DNA from: Chrysomallon squamiferum
Taxonomy: Eukaryota; Animalia; Mollusca
Direction of reading: 5' to 3'
NCBI GenBank assembly: GCA_012295275.1
Contig: CM022677.1
Coordinates: forward strand, 124,001 to 188,000
Length of the DNA: 64,000 nucleotides
How positions within the stretch are numbered: position 1 is the stretch's first letter; each line of letters opens with the position of its first letter. The notes under the pieces were generated by a model. It was not told where the DNA came from. It saw only the letters and a program-made list of their open reading frames with translations, and did not search any database. Of the stretch, positions 10,939 to 25,250 are shown in pieces. The position numbers and the translations under genes are program-made.

Positions 10939-13762
10939 GTAAGTCTTTCAAGTTGTAGTAAATTTACTTTATTTTAATACATGGTGACATAAAATGTGTT
11001 AAAATGAACACACATGCCATGTTTGATCAACAGAAGATATCACACACAAATAATATTTACCACTTGATATTTTAAATACTTTTTATGAATCTGATAACTC
11101 TTTCTACATGTACACTATGTCTTCTCACTCATTTCCGATCCTCATCTTGCAAATGATGGAATATTTAATCTAAATTCTGTTCCTTCAACTTCCTTTTTAA
11201 TGTCAAAAGCTTTATCACCCAACAGACCAAAACCTTTATTTAGATAACCATATTCTGATTTAATATTGCATGGATTATGTTAAGTTGTCATATACTGTTA
11301 CTTTACTTCCCAGTTTAAAATGAATACAAAGCAAATATGATAAAAATGTTCTGTCATAGACACAGCTTACAAACGACATGTAAGTAAATATAAACAAACC
11401 TCAGTCAGTCACATTCATTCATGTAGAGAGGTTTTACTACATTATAAATTGTTTATAAATGTATATGTGATACAAATAAAAGTATATATAAAATGGTCAA
11501 TTTTTTCCATATTTTAATATTTTCTTTCCTAGTATTTGTAACTGACAAAAGTGATAGTATTTATATGCATCCTGTAACAATGGGTCAGTATTACTGAAGA
11601 CCAAATTTACCATATTCCACTTTATATTTATGTGAATTTTCAAATGCTAGTATTGTTTTAGGATATTTCTTGTTGATTTCTATAATCCCAGGATTAGAAA
11701 AATGGAATCATGCCATATCAGGGAATCTGCTAGATGTTAATGTGTTTCTATGAGAGACAACAGAAGCCCTGTCACAAAACAACTGAACTTAAGAAGAAAC
11801 TGCAAAAGTGAAGTTAATTGCTTTTGTTTAAATATTACTTTCCACACTTTTGTACTTAGAACTGAAGAATTTCTTAAATGATCTATTGATCAACTATTTT
11901 ATCTACAGCACCATCCCTATCAAGTGGGATATTTTTGGAGAGTAAAAATACCTAAAATGTCATTGATGTTACTGTCTGTGTTCAAGTATGTATTAATGAG
12001 TGTAAAAATATTACAAAAATGTTTATCTGATGTTCTGTATTACTTTATTTATATGTTGTTTTCTCACTTTCAGTTCAAAAAATATTTGATAATACTCATG
12101 AGATTTTTTTTCTCATTCTTTTAACTTGTCACACAGTTTTGTGTCGCTGGTGTAGATGGCAGCAAAGAAGTAGTAAATGTACAACAATGATTCCGTTTTT
12201 CTAAAATATATCAGTAAAATGAACTGATGGTTTATTCAGTCCCATTAGTCACCATAAACTTTGATCAATTTGTCCTGTTTGGAGATGTCAGTCTTACAAT
12301 AGTTTTCATATTTAATCTTTCTGTGTCACTGTGTCTGTTATTAAATTTCTTTGATTTGAAACCTTGTCTTGTTTCCTTCTTCCTCAGTCATGATTATTAT
12401 TTTATTCCTTACCCTCCTGTACGCTGTTTACCTCCAGTACATGGTATTATTGCAATACATTAATTGAGCTTCAATAAATATCAAAAACAAATTTGAAACA
12501 TTCGTTTTAAAAAAATTATTAAATTATCTTTGCAGTAATTTAAAACATTAGCTTTTATTTTATTTACTTAAATATTTATTTTCTTATTTATTATATTGAA
12601 TATTTTAATTTACACTTACTTTTTATTACATTTATAAGAAAAGTGAAAGTTAAATACTTAATCTTATGTTTGTGTGTGCTCTTGTTTTATAATTAAATCT
12701 ATATTATTTTTGGATTTTCTTTATTGTATGTTCAGTGATAATTAATACCCTTCCTTGAAATTAAAATTGTGCGGTAAATTGTAGATATATAAACATTTTC
12801 TAGCTTAAGTTAGCATCATAACGTTACAAAGTGAATAAAAAGACAACACAACCTAGAAACCTTTCCAATTTAATAAAATACTTTAATCCAAGAATATAAA
12901 TAATTTCATGTTAGGGAAACAAATCCATTTGCCGGTAAAAATATTTCCATGTTATTACTGAATTTGTTAATATACTTAATATTTTAATTTCCTTTTTCAT
13001 CTGTTGGAACTGAGAAGTTAGGCAAATGAAATTCTTGATTATATGGACATCCCTGGAAACCCTCTTCGTCTTTTCAACTATGTCACAGAAAGATCTCTAA
13101 CCTCATTAATGGAAATGTTGGTTTCCTAGAAATGTTGTGATGGTGTTTCTAATTCTGCGGCAAAGTTAGTTGTGGCAGTTCCCTGTATTACCTCTCTTTG
13201 AGGGAATGATATTTCATTTAATTAGAACTCAAAGTTTTAATGTTTTAACTAAACTCTTTTTTATTCAAATTCAGCATACTGTAATTTTACAACAATGTAA
13301 ATAAAATGATATAAAAGCTTATGATTTTAAATGATGACTAGAAACTTATATTACAAAATTACTGAATACTTTTGTTGTTTTAATAACCATACAAATGCAA
13401 GCTGGCCTTCAGTGAATGAACTGTTTTATATTGTTAAACAAAGAAACATTTATTTAAGTATTTTGTTAACTTGTTGTGGTAATTGATGCAGTATTTCTCT
13501 CCAGAAGCAAAATCAAAGAACCTATCATATATTAATATTGTTATTAGCATAATATTTTTTGTTTCTACTATTATTGCTCTTTTTTCTTCTTTATTTATTT
13601 ATTGTTGTTTTTTGTTTCCTTTTATTTTCTCTTTCTTTATGAAATTAATAAATTGTAGATTATAAATATCTTGTACAGGTAGCAGTTCTATAACTCACAG
13701 GTACAGTCTGCATGGTGACTAGTACTCTCAGGTGAATTAAGTAAAAAGGGAAACACTGGTTT

Positions 13763-14020
13763 TACACTCTTCATGCAGAATTCCAGGACATCGTGTACCC
13801 TCTTGTTTATATGTTCATTCCAAACAAGACTCAAGCTACGTGTGTATCAGTTTTTCAACTCTTGAAGATTCAAGCAGAAAAAAACTTCAATTTGAAGCCA
13901 CAGATTATCTAGACCAACTTTGAGAAAGCTGCCTCCAGTGCAGCAGTGAAAGAGTTCAAAAGATGTTTTTTCAGCAGTGCCCAAGCTCTGTGGAGGAGGA
14001 TTCAGCATATTGGTCATACA
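13763..14020 (+). mobile_element. Mutator-like (MULE) transposase remnant
   Basis: One frame reads YTLHAEFQDIVYPLVYMFIPNKTQATCVSVFQLLK...LKPQII*TNFEKAASSAAVKEFKRCFFSSAQALWRRIQHIG, matching the MULE core YTIH...PLV.ALLP.K...TDFE.A...GCFFH..QA.WR.IQ..G. Stop at 13910-13912, catalytic D>N, CxxH lost. Confidence 0.85.
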
Positions 14021-15647
14021 AAGAAGATTTTGGTAACGGTAGTGAAACATTTTGAAGCCGCTAGGTAAAGTTGTTATTGTTTAAGTAAAACAAAATGTGT
14101 GCATTGCTTCTTTACCAATTGTAATTTTCTTTGTTAATACTAACAGATTAGTCTTCAAGTTTGCTTTCATTAATATATATTCTATAAAATGTTTAATGTC
14201 TTCAGTTATTTTACACCTAATATCAAACCAAATCTACAAATTAAAAATAAAAAAAATAAAATAAAATAATTTTACATTTACTGTTTTATGTTTTATGTTT
14301 ATTTAATTCTTCTTCTGAGGATTTAGATTTTATATTAAACTAAACTAATGTAGTATTAATTATATTAATTCACAGAGCAGGAAAACTATATTCATACGAG
14401 TGAAAATACTGTTTATTAAAGTTTAATATCTTTTTATTTTATTTTATGTTATGATATATTTTTAAATTAATCAATATCATTTTTTCGTTTTTGTTGTAAT
14501 GCTGGTTGATAATGGAGTTATTGGAACTGTGTTCAAGTCTGTTCTAGCGAATGTTGGTCTAAATTCCAATCACAGACAGAACCCACCTTGAATCCATCCC
14601 CAGAGATGTTGCTGTGTCCTAGTGGGTTGCTTCCAGCATATTCAAGTCCACAAACAGATTTCAGCAGCTGCAGTTGTCAGTGGTAATATTTTTACTCACA
14701 GTTTTAATATGTTAATAATACTCAACACAACTGAGAGGTATGGTGCTCATTTTTTTTTTTTTTTTTTTTATTAGATTATCAGTATACATGATAACACACA
14801 CCTCAGAGTTTCCTCATGAATTTATTTTTTATATACATTTTCTACATATTTATTTATATAGTTTGTTGGCTTTTGTATTTTTAAATTATTTTTATTTATT
14901 TTATTTTATATATATATTTCATTTATTATTTTTGTTGTTGTTGATATACTTATTAATATTTGTTTAAATTAAATGAAATTTATTTGAAATAAATATTTAA
15001 AAGGTTATTTTTATTTTCAATGTTATTACTGAAGTTTGACTGCACTGAATCAGTGTCGGAGAAAAAAGTTCATGTTTTCTCTGATCACATGAAAACAAGT
15101 TTACTTTCTCAGCTGTTTTCATTAATACAACAGAATTAATTGACCATTCATTACTTGTGAGTTTTTCAAGCACTGAGTGTGAAAAGATGAACATGATATG
15201 AACATAAATTCAGGTGAGACATTCAGATTAAAAGACAGTTGTATTAGCTTTCTTAAAATTGTTTATTTCATATATATATATATTTTTTGCTTTAACTATA
15301 GATATATAAATAAATAGATATGCAGATAGTTATTTTTTATTATCATTTTCAGATATGATTTGTTTGCTGTTTAGTCATAATTAATTTTTATATTATATTA
15401 GTATTATTATTTTTATTTTTTATTTAAAAAAAGGTTTTTGTCTTATTTTATTTTTTATAAATTCCTTCAGGATCATTAACATAAATAATTTGTGTTTTTC
15501 AGAATCCAGTGTCAGATCAGCCCAGGAGACAGTCTACTACTCTGAGCTGACAACAAAAACAGAGGAAGAATTTTCTCTGAAACATCCAGTCAGATGTAAG
15601 AAGTCAGCCATTGATTAGAAAGTGAGTGAATTTGTTACACAGAGCTT

Positions 15648-16262
15648 ACATTTAGATTTAGTAACTGAAATACACACATACAGTCATGTTAACATTTAGA
15701 TTTAGTAACTGAAATACACACATACAGTCATGTTAACATTTAGATTTAGTAACTGAAATACACACATACAGTCATGTTAACATTTAGATTTAGTAACTGA
15801 AATACACACATACAGTATGTTAACATTTAGGTTTAGTAACTGAAATACACACATACAGTCATGTTAACATTTAGATTTAGTAACTGAAATACACACATAC
15901 AGTCCTGTTAACATTTAGATTTAGTAACTGAAATACACACATACAGTATGTTAACATTTAGGTTTAGTAACTGAAATACACACATACAGTCATGTTAACA
16001 TTTAGATTTAGTAACTGAAATACACACATACAGTATGTTAACATTTAGGTTTAGTAACTGAAATACACACATACAGTCATGTTAACATTTAGATTTAGTA
16101 ACTGAAATACACACATACAGTATGTTAACATTTAGGTTTAGTAACTGAAATACACACATACAGTCATGTTAACATTTAGATTTAGTAACTGAAATACACA
16201 CATACAGTATGTTAACATTTAGGTTTAGTAACTGAAATACACACATACAGTAATGTTAACAT
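15648..16262. repeat. 43/44-bp minisatellite, about 14 copies
   Basis: Unit ACATTTAG(A/G)TTTAGTAACTGAAATACACACATACAGT(C)ATGTTA. Confidence 0.97.
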
Positions 16263-16547
16263 ATTAAATGTTGCCTTAGTACATTAATATCAAAAATGTG
16301 AATGCTACACAGTAAAATTATTTGATCCATACTTCAAACTTGTGTTAAAGTCAGATGTCCTCTGTCAATACTTTAGCTAACATTTAAACAATTATTTGCT
16401 TTTGTTTCCAGTGAATGAAAGGATTATTAATGATACATTTTTAATTATTTTATTTCTTTACAGAGATGCTGACCAGAAAAATGTCAAATAATTCAGTCAC
16501 AATCCATTTGAATCATACCTAACCTTTATTTTACATGTAAAATTGTA

Positions 16548-17597
16548 TGATCCACATTAATATTGTTCGTACAACTCTGAATATTATTTTATTTTAATCA
16601 TAAGTTTTACTCTTTTTTAATTTTCTTCAGGTTCTTTTATCATGAGCTTGGTTTGAGAATGAAAGAAAACACGTGAGAAGTGATATCCTCTGATTCTAAA
16701 TCACTTGTCAAATTTGCCTCCAAGTTCTTCAGGTTTTCTGATCACCCTAAACTAAGAAAATGAAACATCTCAACAAAAAATATGAAGAACTGAATTCTTG
16801 GATAAAATTGAAAGCTTTTAGCAAGTTTCACACCAAAATAACATATTAAAAACATTACTTGTGTGAATCATGGACAGTTCTTATTGAAGAATCTATAACA
16901 TTGTGATATTGAATGTAGACTCAAAGTCACCCTGTTGTTTATGACAGATATAATAAGATGTAGAAGTACACAGAATGTTTGTACCAGACACAGCACCAAG
17001 TAAAGTCAAGTCTGTGAAAAAAGAAAATATTCTTAAAAAAATGGTTAAATCTAGAAATCTTTAACTGCTGCAAATCTTATGGTTCAAGGGAGATAATGTT
17101 ATTTATTTATTTGATTTATTTATTTTTATTTTAAAAAATAATTAACTTAATCACGTAATCCAAATATAAAATAACAAAGAATATGAAGATTTTTGTTAAA
17201 GATTAAAATGAAAAAAAAAAGTATGTTAATAAAACATAAAGTGGAAGATGATATGTTGTTTGTAAGTTATATTATTAAGACATTTTCTTAATGAATAATT
17301 TGCAGATCACATTATCTGTTAAGTTGTTTCTTAATATTTAAATTGTTTTGTAACCAAATGTCTTCATATTGTTATTTTATTTTGTTAATATACTTTTATT
17401 AACAAAACAGAACTCTTGGTATGTTTGTGTTTTATAGCACTCTCAGCTCTGCAAAGGCTTATGAAACATTTTATACCATTTTATTTTTATCTCCAAATTT
17501 CTAATTAAAATTGCGTTTCCTGTTGTTTACTACACATTTTTAGCTAGCATTTTCATCAGCTTGGGAAACAATTTCATAAGAGTGAAGAATATTTTTA
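16548..17597 (+). repeat. Copy 2 of the ~1.1 kb direct duplication (partner 1-1155)
   Basis: Same blocks in the same order as 1-1155 with many substitutions and indels; similarity stops near 17597. Confidence 0.92.
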
Positions 17598-20328
17598 TAA
17601 GAAATAAATGCAAATGTGGAGATAATGATACAAATAATAGTTACACCGACAGATAGATATAAGTATGTTTTAATATTATGACTGAGTTAAGGAAACAAGT
17701 CTGGGGTGATTTCAATATTCTATACCTGGTTTATGTTTATCAAAGATCTTTGTTTATGGATTTCTCTGCAAATGAACATATATATTAATATTAATTTGCT
17801 ATTTTGAAAACGAATGTAAATCATTTTGATACTTTTATAACATTTAAATAGTTTATTCATATGTGTCTTTCAGTTTATTTATATCTCTGTTTGTTTGTCT
17901 GTCTGTCTGTCTGTCGGAGTATTGTTATGTTAAATACTAAGTTACATGTTGTGTATGTTAAAGTCATGGCTCATAAAACCATAATTATATGGTTTATTTA
18001 TTTATATATGCGTACATTGTTTATCCAAAATATCTTCTTACTGCGTCGGATGTATTTGAGTTGCTTAGTGCTAGCAACGCGATAACATTCATGGGATGGG
18101 AACTGAGCAACAGCAACTTGACTGTCTTTAGGATTAAAATAACCTGAAAATATGCGATGACGAATTCTTAAAGTTAGTTTGTAAATTTCAGAATTAAGAT
18201 ATTTAGCTAAAGCGAGTTTTGTGTGTAACAAAGTTTTAAAATGTGTCAGGCTGGGCTGGCTTCTCTCGCTCTTTTCACTGACGTCTGCGGGAATCTAATA
18301 TATGACGTCAGCAAGGAAAACTCGAGTCTGATGAACAGCAAGCGAGAAACTGGTTTTTTGCACGGCCCAGTGATTCCTTTTGATAAACAGGGAGGTAACT
18401 GTAGAGGACCTTTAAACTTTGACCTTGCTTTGAAAAATGCGATAAGCGTTTGACAGCGGGGTGTGGTAAAATACTGTTGTCACTTTTGCAGTGTAATCTG
18501 TGTCACCATCAGCGTATTTATTATATATATAAGAAAACTTTTAAAAAATTGTTTTTGTGTATATTTACAAAATATGTTTCAAAATTAATAAAGTTAAGTT
18601 GTTAATTGATTATTTATCTAGAGGATAAGTTTAGTGTTATACCAACACGATAATTAGTTGAATTTACTGGTCCCTGTGATACTGTTTTAATCATAAAATT
18701 AATATAAAACAAAACACGTGATTTTCACAGGACGACTAAATTGTAAGGTATACATTTTGTTTTCTTTTATTATCATTTTTTAAACTTGATTTTTAATTTA
18801 TACTAAATGAGGCGATTAAACCAAGTCCTTCCCCTATACCCACTATAAATTTCGATACCCAGCATTTCTGTATTAACTTAAACAAGATATATTTCTGAAG
18901 ACGAAGTATTTTATCTGTGTCAATCGCGTGGTCTTTCTGAATCACGCGATCAGCTGACTGTTGTCGTTCTGCCAGGAGAGGAAAATGTTTCTTTTCAGTA
19001 TCAAGTGCGGACCTGAGTTAAATTAACTTTGTGAAACTCATGACTGCGCATATTGAAAACTTGACTAAACAAGATGAAGCGTTCCGCCTCGCCAAACAAA
19101 CATAATGTAAACTGTTAAACTAAATACAGGGTATGAACATTTGCGTATCAGTGTGTAAACGTGACCAGATTCCAACCTCTTTTTATGTGTAATAGTGTTG
19201 TTCTTTTCTTTTTCTTCTTTTTCTTCTTTTCCTTTCTATTACCTTAACAAGGTCCAATATCATCGAGTTAGTCATTCAATTTCAGACAGCGTTTATTGTT
19301 TCCACAACAACAACAGTGTGTGTGAGTTGGGTGTGTCTCTCTGTGTGTGTAATAAAAAAAATAATAATACATTTATTAATTAATAAATAATATTAAGAGT
19401 ATACCTCACAGAAAATAATAGTTTTTATTCATTGAGATTTGTCACACACACATGTAAACAAAAACTGTTTTTTTTTTTTTTGTTCCTTTGTTTCTTTTCT
19501 TTGATGAAAAGGGTCTTTGTATTTCTTATTATTTCTCTCTTAGTCTTTACATGGACTTTACATGTAAATATTTTATTTTTTATATTATCATTTCATAAAT
19601 TACATTCACAAATGTTAATATTTCTACCTACTGTCGACTGTTAGATTTAAAAAAAAAAAAAAAAGATTAAATTCATATCATAATATGTTAGATGGGGAAA
19701 TTAGTTTAACACTTCCATACAATATGAAGAAACGTGACAGTGTAGGTGTAGCTTTTGTGCTGTATTTGTTTAATTGTAATGCACTTTATTTCTTTATCTT
19801 AAAAACGATCATCTCTTCATCACCCTTGTACGTGACAAACCGCATAGTAAGTTTCGCTTCAGTAAACAAATAAAATGTTATTTGAAAACAAAAATTCAAA
19901 TTAGTTGATGCGGTGAATGGAGACGGGATAAATGGAGAAAAAAAAAGCTGTATAAATGAAAAAAAAAAAAAAAAAGAAGAAAGAAAAAGAAAGAAAGCAT
20001 TCCTTTGTTCGTCAGTTAAAATAAAATCTTATCTTTGTTTCCTTACAGTCGCCAAATTCAACATTTTTGTCTTTCATTTTTTTAGAGGATAACCGAAGAA
20101 ACGTGGTAGATTTCAGTTTGTCTCTTCAACCTTTTCCTTCGTGGGGAAAAAATGTGTGCGTATGTATCTTTCCCAGGAAACTAAAGTTCGAAATGACAAA
20201 TATATATATATATATATACATCTAGAAAAGAAAGCATAATATTTTTGTCAAAAAAAAAAAAAAAAAAAATGAAAGTAGCGACAACATGTTAAAATAAGTT
20301 AAGGTATTTTTGTAAGCTATTAAATAAG

Positions 20329-20528
20329 NNNNNNNNNNNNNNNNNNNNNNNNNNNNNNNNNNNNNNNNNNNNNNNNNNNNNNNNNNNNNNNNNNNNNNNN
20401 NNNNNNNNNNNNNNNNNNNNNNNNNNNNNNNNNNNNNNNNNNNNNNNNNNNNNNNNNNNNNNNNNNNNNNNNNNNNNNNNNNNNNNNNNNNNNNNNNNNN
20501 NNNNNNNNNNNNNNNNNNNNNNNNNNNN
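20329..20528. other. Assembly gap (200 N)
   Basis: Run of exactly 200 N. Confidence 0.99.
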
Positions 20529-20627
20529 TAGGCGACTGGGATGTAAAAACATTATTTATTTCACATAAAAGATCTATTTATAAACATTAATGTTATAGTG
20601 AACATTTCCAACCCGTATGTTAAAGGT

Positions 20628-20860
20628 TTATCGGTTGGTTAAGGGAACAAGTTATCATAGGAGATAACGCTGTAACAAAGTGTTTGCTATTGCTTTTCCT
20701 TTTCAATTGCACCTTTAATTGGCTAAATTGAAGCCAAGCAACAAATCTAGCGAACTTTTAGAGATTTACGTTAAAGAATTATCAGTTGGTTAACGGAACA
20801 AGTTATCATGGGAGATAACTCTATAACCTTGTATTTGCTGTTGTTCTTCCTTTTCAATTC
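20628..20860. repeat. Two diverged ~82-bp direct repeats
   Basis: TTATC(G/A)GTTGGTTAA.GGAACAAGTTATCAT.GGAGATAAC...CCTTTTCAATT starting at about 20628 and 20779. Confidence 0.85.
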
Positions 20861-21283
20861 GGGTAGGAATAAAAAAAACATTAATTAAATTAAAAATTAA
20901 AATAAAAAATAAAAAAAATAAATAAATAATTAAAAATACTAAAAAGAAAAATTGAACGCCTTCCTTGTATTTACTGACATAACGTGTATAATCATCAGCT
21001 TGAAAGACATTTGTCTCAAGTTGAAAATGTCAGTAATAGATATTCATAAGAAGAAAAAACGTAAGTTCTTCTGAAGTGATATTATTTATTCATGTTAGAG
21101 ACTTAAGAATTAAATTCGGAAATCAGAAAAATTTCAATGTTAAATGAAAATTGTAATATATTTTATCTGGATAAACACTCATTAAAATGATTCTTATAAT
21201 ACTGATACAGCAGTAAGTTACTTGCAATAACTGTCCTAATCTAGGTGAAATTTATTTTTTAAAATTTATATATATATTTTTTG

Positions 21284-21319
<36 letters not shown>

Positions 21320-21424
21320 TTATATATATTTTTATATATATTGATATTTAAGCAGCAGGTAATTTGTAATTTCTCCTTCATTTTTATAGAGTACATTTGA
21401 ATGTGTGTATGGGGGAGTATGGGT

Positions 21425-21900
21425 GTCTGCTTATATCTTTTATTGTTTTTTTACGGCATTAGTCAGAATAAACTCACAGCTTTATTGAAGCACTGCAGAC
21501 TGAATGGTAACTCCAAGAGAGAAAAGAAATCTGGCAGAAGAAAATTAATTTACACACTTTTACCTGTGAAGACAGAGAAAGGATAATTAAATTTCTGCAG
21601 CATTTTCCTCAAGATTTTGACTAATTTTGTCTGAGTCAGTCACAGGATTCAAAGGGAGTAATTTGAAAATACTGTCTGCATGTGAGACTAAATCTTCACT
21701 AAATCTTTATTGTCCCAAAACAGATCTCTGCTCGCACTGCTAACAATGAGAAGATAGAGCAAACTGCCAGTCTTCCAGCAGAAGAGAAAATGAGAATGTT
21801 TGGAGAGCATCTACACATTGTGGAAGCAGAAGGAAAAGTTATAACACATTGGTAGACAAGTGTAAAATTGTAATTTCTGAAGCTGGTATAACCTGCAGTT
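21425..21900 (+). mobile_element. Decayed N-terminal half of a Sola-like DNA transposase
   Basis: Across frameshifts: FFYGISQNKLTALLKHCRLNG..KREKKSGRR / EDRERIIKFLQHF / LILSESVTGFKGSNLKILSACETK / PKTDLCSHC / NNEKIEQTASLPAEEK...EHLHIVEAE / KSYNTLVDKCK. This follows the motif order I recall for Sola-type (DUF7869-associated) transposases (LPGR.PG.K...LLPS; P.TDLC..C; EHL..V..ER..Y). The catalytic region was not seen. Confidence 0.55.
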
Positions 21901-23203
21901 CAACTCATTTAGAACTTCTCATTGACTCAGTGCTGCAGTGTGTTTGCTGTTAGTGTTAAATCAGTGGTGAACTGGACACACTGGTAAAGGTGAATGTGAC
22001 ATCATTAAGACAAACAAGAATGGAAAGGCCTTTATACAGTGTTTATCATATGAGAGGTATGTTTTGTGTTAATGGAGGTTCTTTTGTTGAAACTATTTAT
22101 TTTTATTGGGCTGTGTTTACAATTTTCTTCAAGTAGTTCCTGAAAGTTTACATGTTTTGTGAGGTATCAGGACTGGCTGGAGTTTCTATGGTGATGGACA
22201 CTGCAGTAGCTGCATGCTAATGTCTTCAGTTTTATCACTGTGTACATTTTGTTGTGTGTCTGCAGGTCTGTCAGAGGCCACACTCAGGTAACTGTGACCT
22301 CATTTCTATCTGTTGGTAATTGTAGTTTTATTAGTTGTCTTGGCAACGATAAGTGTGATCGAGTAGGTTGCTTTTCCCTCCATATAATGACATTAACTTG
22401 CTTGGCTGTGTTTGTGAATGCATCTTGATGTAAAACTTTTTTTTTTAATTTCTTATTTCTATCCAGGTAATATATTTTATGATACATTTAAAAAGTGACT
22501 TGGGTTGGGTTTTTTCTGTGTTTTTTTCACTCATTTGACTTCGGGTTGTTGTTGATGTTGATGTGCAGACTGTTTTACTGTTTGCTGAGTCAGAGTCTAG
22601 TGTAGGTAATTCCCACTAAGAAAATGTTGATCCCAGATGTTTAAAAAAAGTTTTGTTGTGATCCTAAAATAAATTTTCCTTGGGTTATTACTTTTTTGTT
22701 TATGATCTCTGAGGTTTTGTTGATTATGGAGATTTATGCTTCTGTTTGGAGATTGTTTTTTGTTTTTTTCTATATTTGTATGTATATATATACACACATT
22801 TCCCACATGTTAGGTTCACTCCCTTCATCCTCCATATCCGTACTGTTTTTATTTCTTTGTAAGGATACCAAAATGTCCAAATTTTCATTAATTTTTGTTT
22901 TGTCTGTGTGTCAGTGTTTACTGGTGATTTATCTTGTTTTTTTATTTATCACCTTTTTACTTCTGGTCAATGTTTTTTCTTTTTTAAAAATCAAATTTTA
23001 CCTTTTTAACCTGCTGTCTTTTGGAAATCCTAATTTTCATTGCTGAATCACCTGAATTAGTGATTTTTATGTTTTCCATGTTGTTGCATTTTTAGAGGTT
23101 GGTTTGTTGTTATTTTTCCTGGTTCTGAATGTCTAATGTGTGTAGTTGTGTGTATAACTGGATGTTAAATATTTATACTTCTAATGTGTCTCCATTTACT
23201 TTA

Positions 23204-23237
<34 letters not shown>

Positions 23238-25250
23238 ACAGACACACACACACACACACAGACACACACAGACCTTGCTTGCACTTAATAGAAATAATAC
23301 ATACAGGTGTGAAAATTGTACATAAAAGGATATAACATGAATAATTATCACCTGTATGAAGAGAAATAAGACATGTTTTCAGGATACAGTTTTATACTTT
23401 ATTTATTTGTTTAGTTATTTATTTATTCAACTTTGCTGTCATGTAACTTGTTTGTTTTATCTCATATGCTAGTGAACTATCCATTTTGTTCTTCTTTTCA
23501 GTTTGCTTCAACTCACAAAATATTCAACATTGAATAAATTATAGAAACTAAGAAACTGTGTTCAGTTATTTTTTTGTGAAAAGAAAATATGTAATAATGA
23601 CAATATTAACAGAGGATATTATAAAATAATCAGACTTAATGGGATAGCAGTTCTGTGAATATAATTGTATATCTAAATATATTCTGAGTTATATATTAAC
23701 ATTTCAACATATCAGCACTAAAAACTTCCACAATGATACTATTTTAAGAATTATCATTAAAAAAAAATGTAAATAATTTAAATCATACACAGTCATGAAT
23801 CATAGTTGTATTTGTTACCAAATAATATCCAGACAAAAAATTCCACTTACTGTTCAGAACGTTTAAACATTTCTTGAATTTATTTGTTAAAGTTAATAAT
23901 AATTTTAAAAAAACCCAGTTATTAAAAACCAGTACAATTAAAGTAATAGATAACTTTATAATTATATAAAAGGTCAATGGTAAAAACCTTTTTTCGTTTT
24001 TCTTCTTCTTTACCTATGGAAATATTAACAAGTTATAATGAACTATTTCAAGTGTGAGTAAAGTTAACAGATGTAGGTAACATAATAAAAGTAATCTGTA
24101 TTGGTCCTTTTCATGTATCTTGTTAAAACTTTTCAAAAATGTTGTTACTATTCTCTTGGCGTTTTTTTTTTCCAATTTTATTAAAAACAGGTAGCTGTAC
24201 AGACAGATTAAAACAATGTAAAATAGTTTTCAAATCTAAATGAAATAATGACAGAAGAATTTTATTTTTATCATATAGTTATGTTTTGTTTGATTACACT
24301 GGACTATGTACAAGTATATTTTAAATATCACAACATCATTTACAAAATAATAGAATAGTTTTGGTATGTGTGTGATTGTGTGTGTGTGTGTGTATGTATG
24401 AGAGAGAGAGAGAGAGGGGAAAGCAGGTGTATATATAGAAGCATTATATGGATAGACAGACAGATACATTGATACTCAGAGAGCAGGTAGACAAAGACAC
24501 AGACACACACAGCCAGATTGACAGCAGCATATACAAGTAGATATAGAGATGAATGAACTGAAGAAAAGATAAACAGACAATGAGATGTGTAGAGGATGGT
24601 GTGCTTTGTTATGTTGAGACAGAAAGGATGACAGAAACATGTACAAATGTATAACTGTAGAGATTCTCATGTAGACAGGCAGGTTTATAGAAAGAGATTT
24701 TTACTGGACTTTTCAAACCAGACTTAAAAAATGTATTTAAAAATGACATTACATTTAGGAATAAATGATGTCGCATGGATACTGAAATATTTTTAATATT
24801 TTGATATACAGAATTGTAAAAAGAAATTACCTTGAAAGACTGAGTATATTGAAATATCTTTAGTATTCTTGGCTTATAGGAATTATTTTGATATTAATAT
24901 GTCATTGATAATCCAAACAAACAGCTTTCTGTCCACTGCTCTATCCCTGTGTTCATTCATAATAATGTTATCTCCAGAATGTCCTTATTGTGTCTCTCTG
25001 CCAGTGAATTTACTTGCTTGCCAGTATGTATGTCTATCTGTCTGTCTATCTTCAGTCATCTATCTATAAAATATACATATACCATTATAATAACACTAAT
25101 CCACTTACTCATGTACAAAAACTCATCCTCTCTCTCTAACACATGAACTTACTAACACTTTATTACACATACTCATATGCCTATCAGCTTAGCTCTCTAT
25201 ATGTCTCTGTATCTGTCTGTGTGCCTGTTATCTTATGTCTTCCTCTCTGT

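Noticed and set aside
20289-20552. ORFs spanning N runs (also 41133-41438)
   Set aside because: Artefacts of translating assembly gaps.
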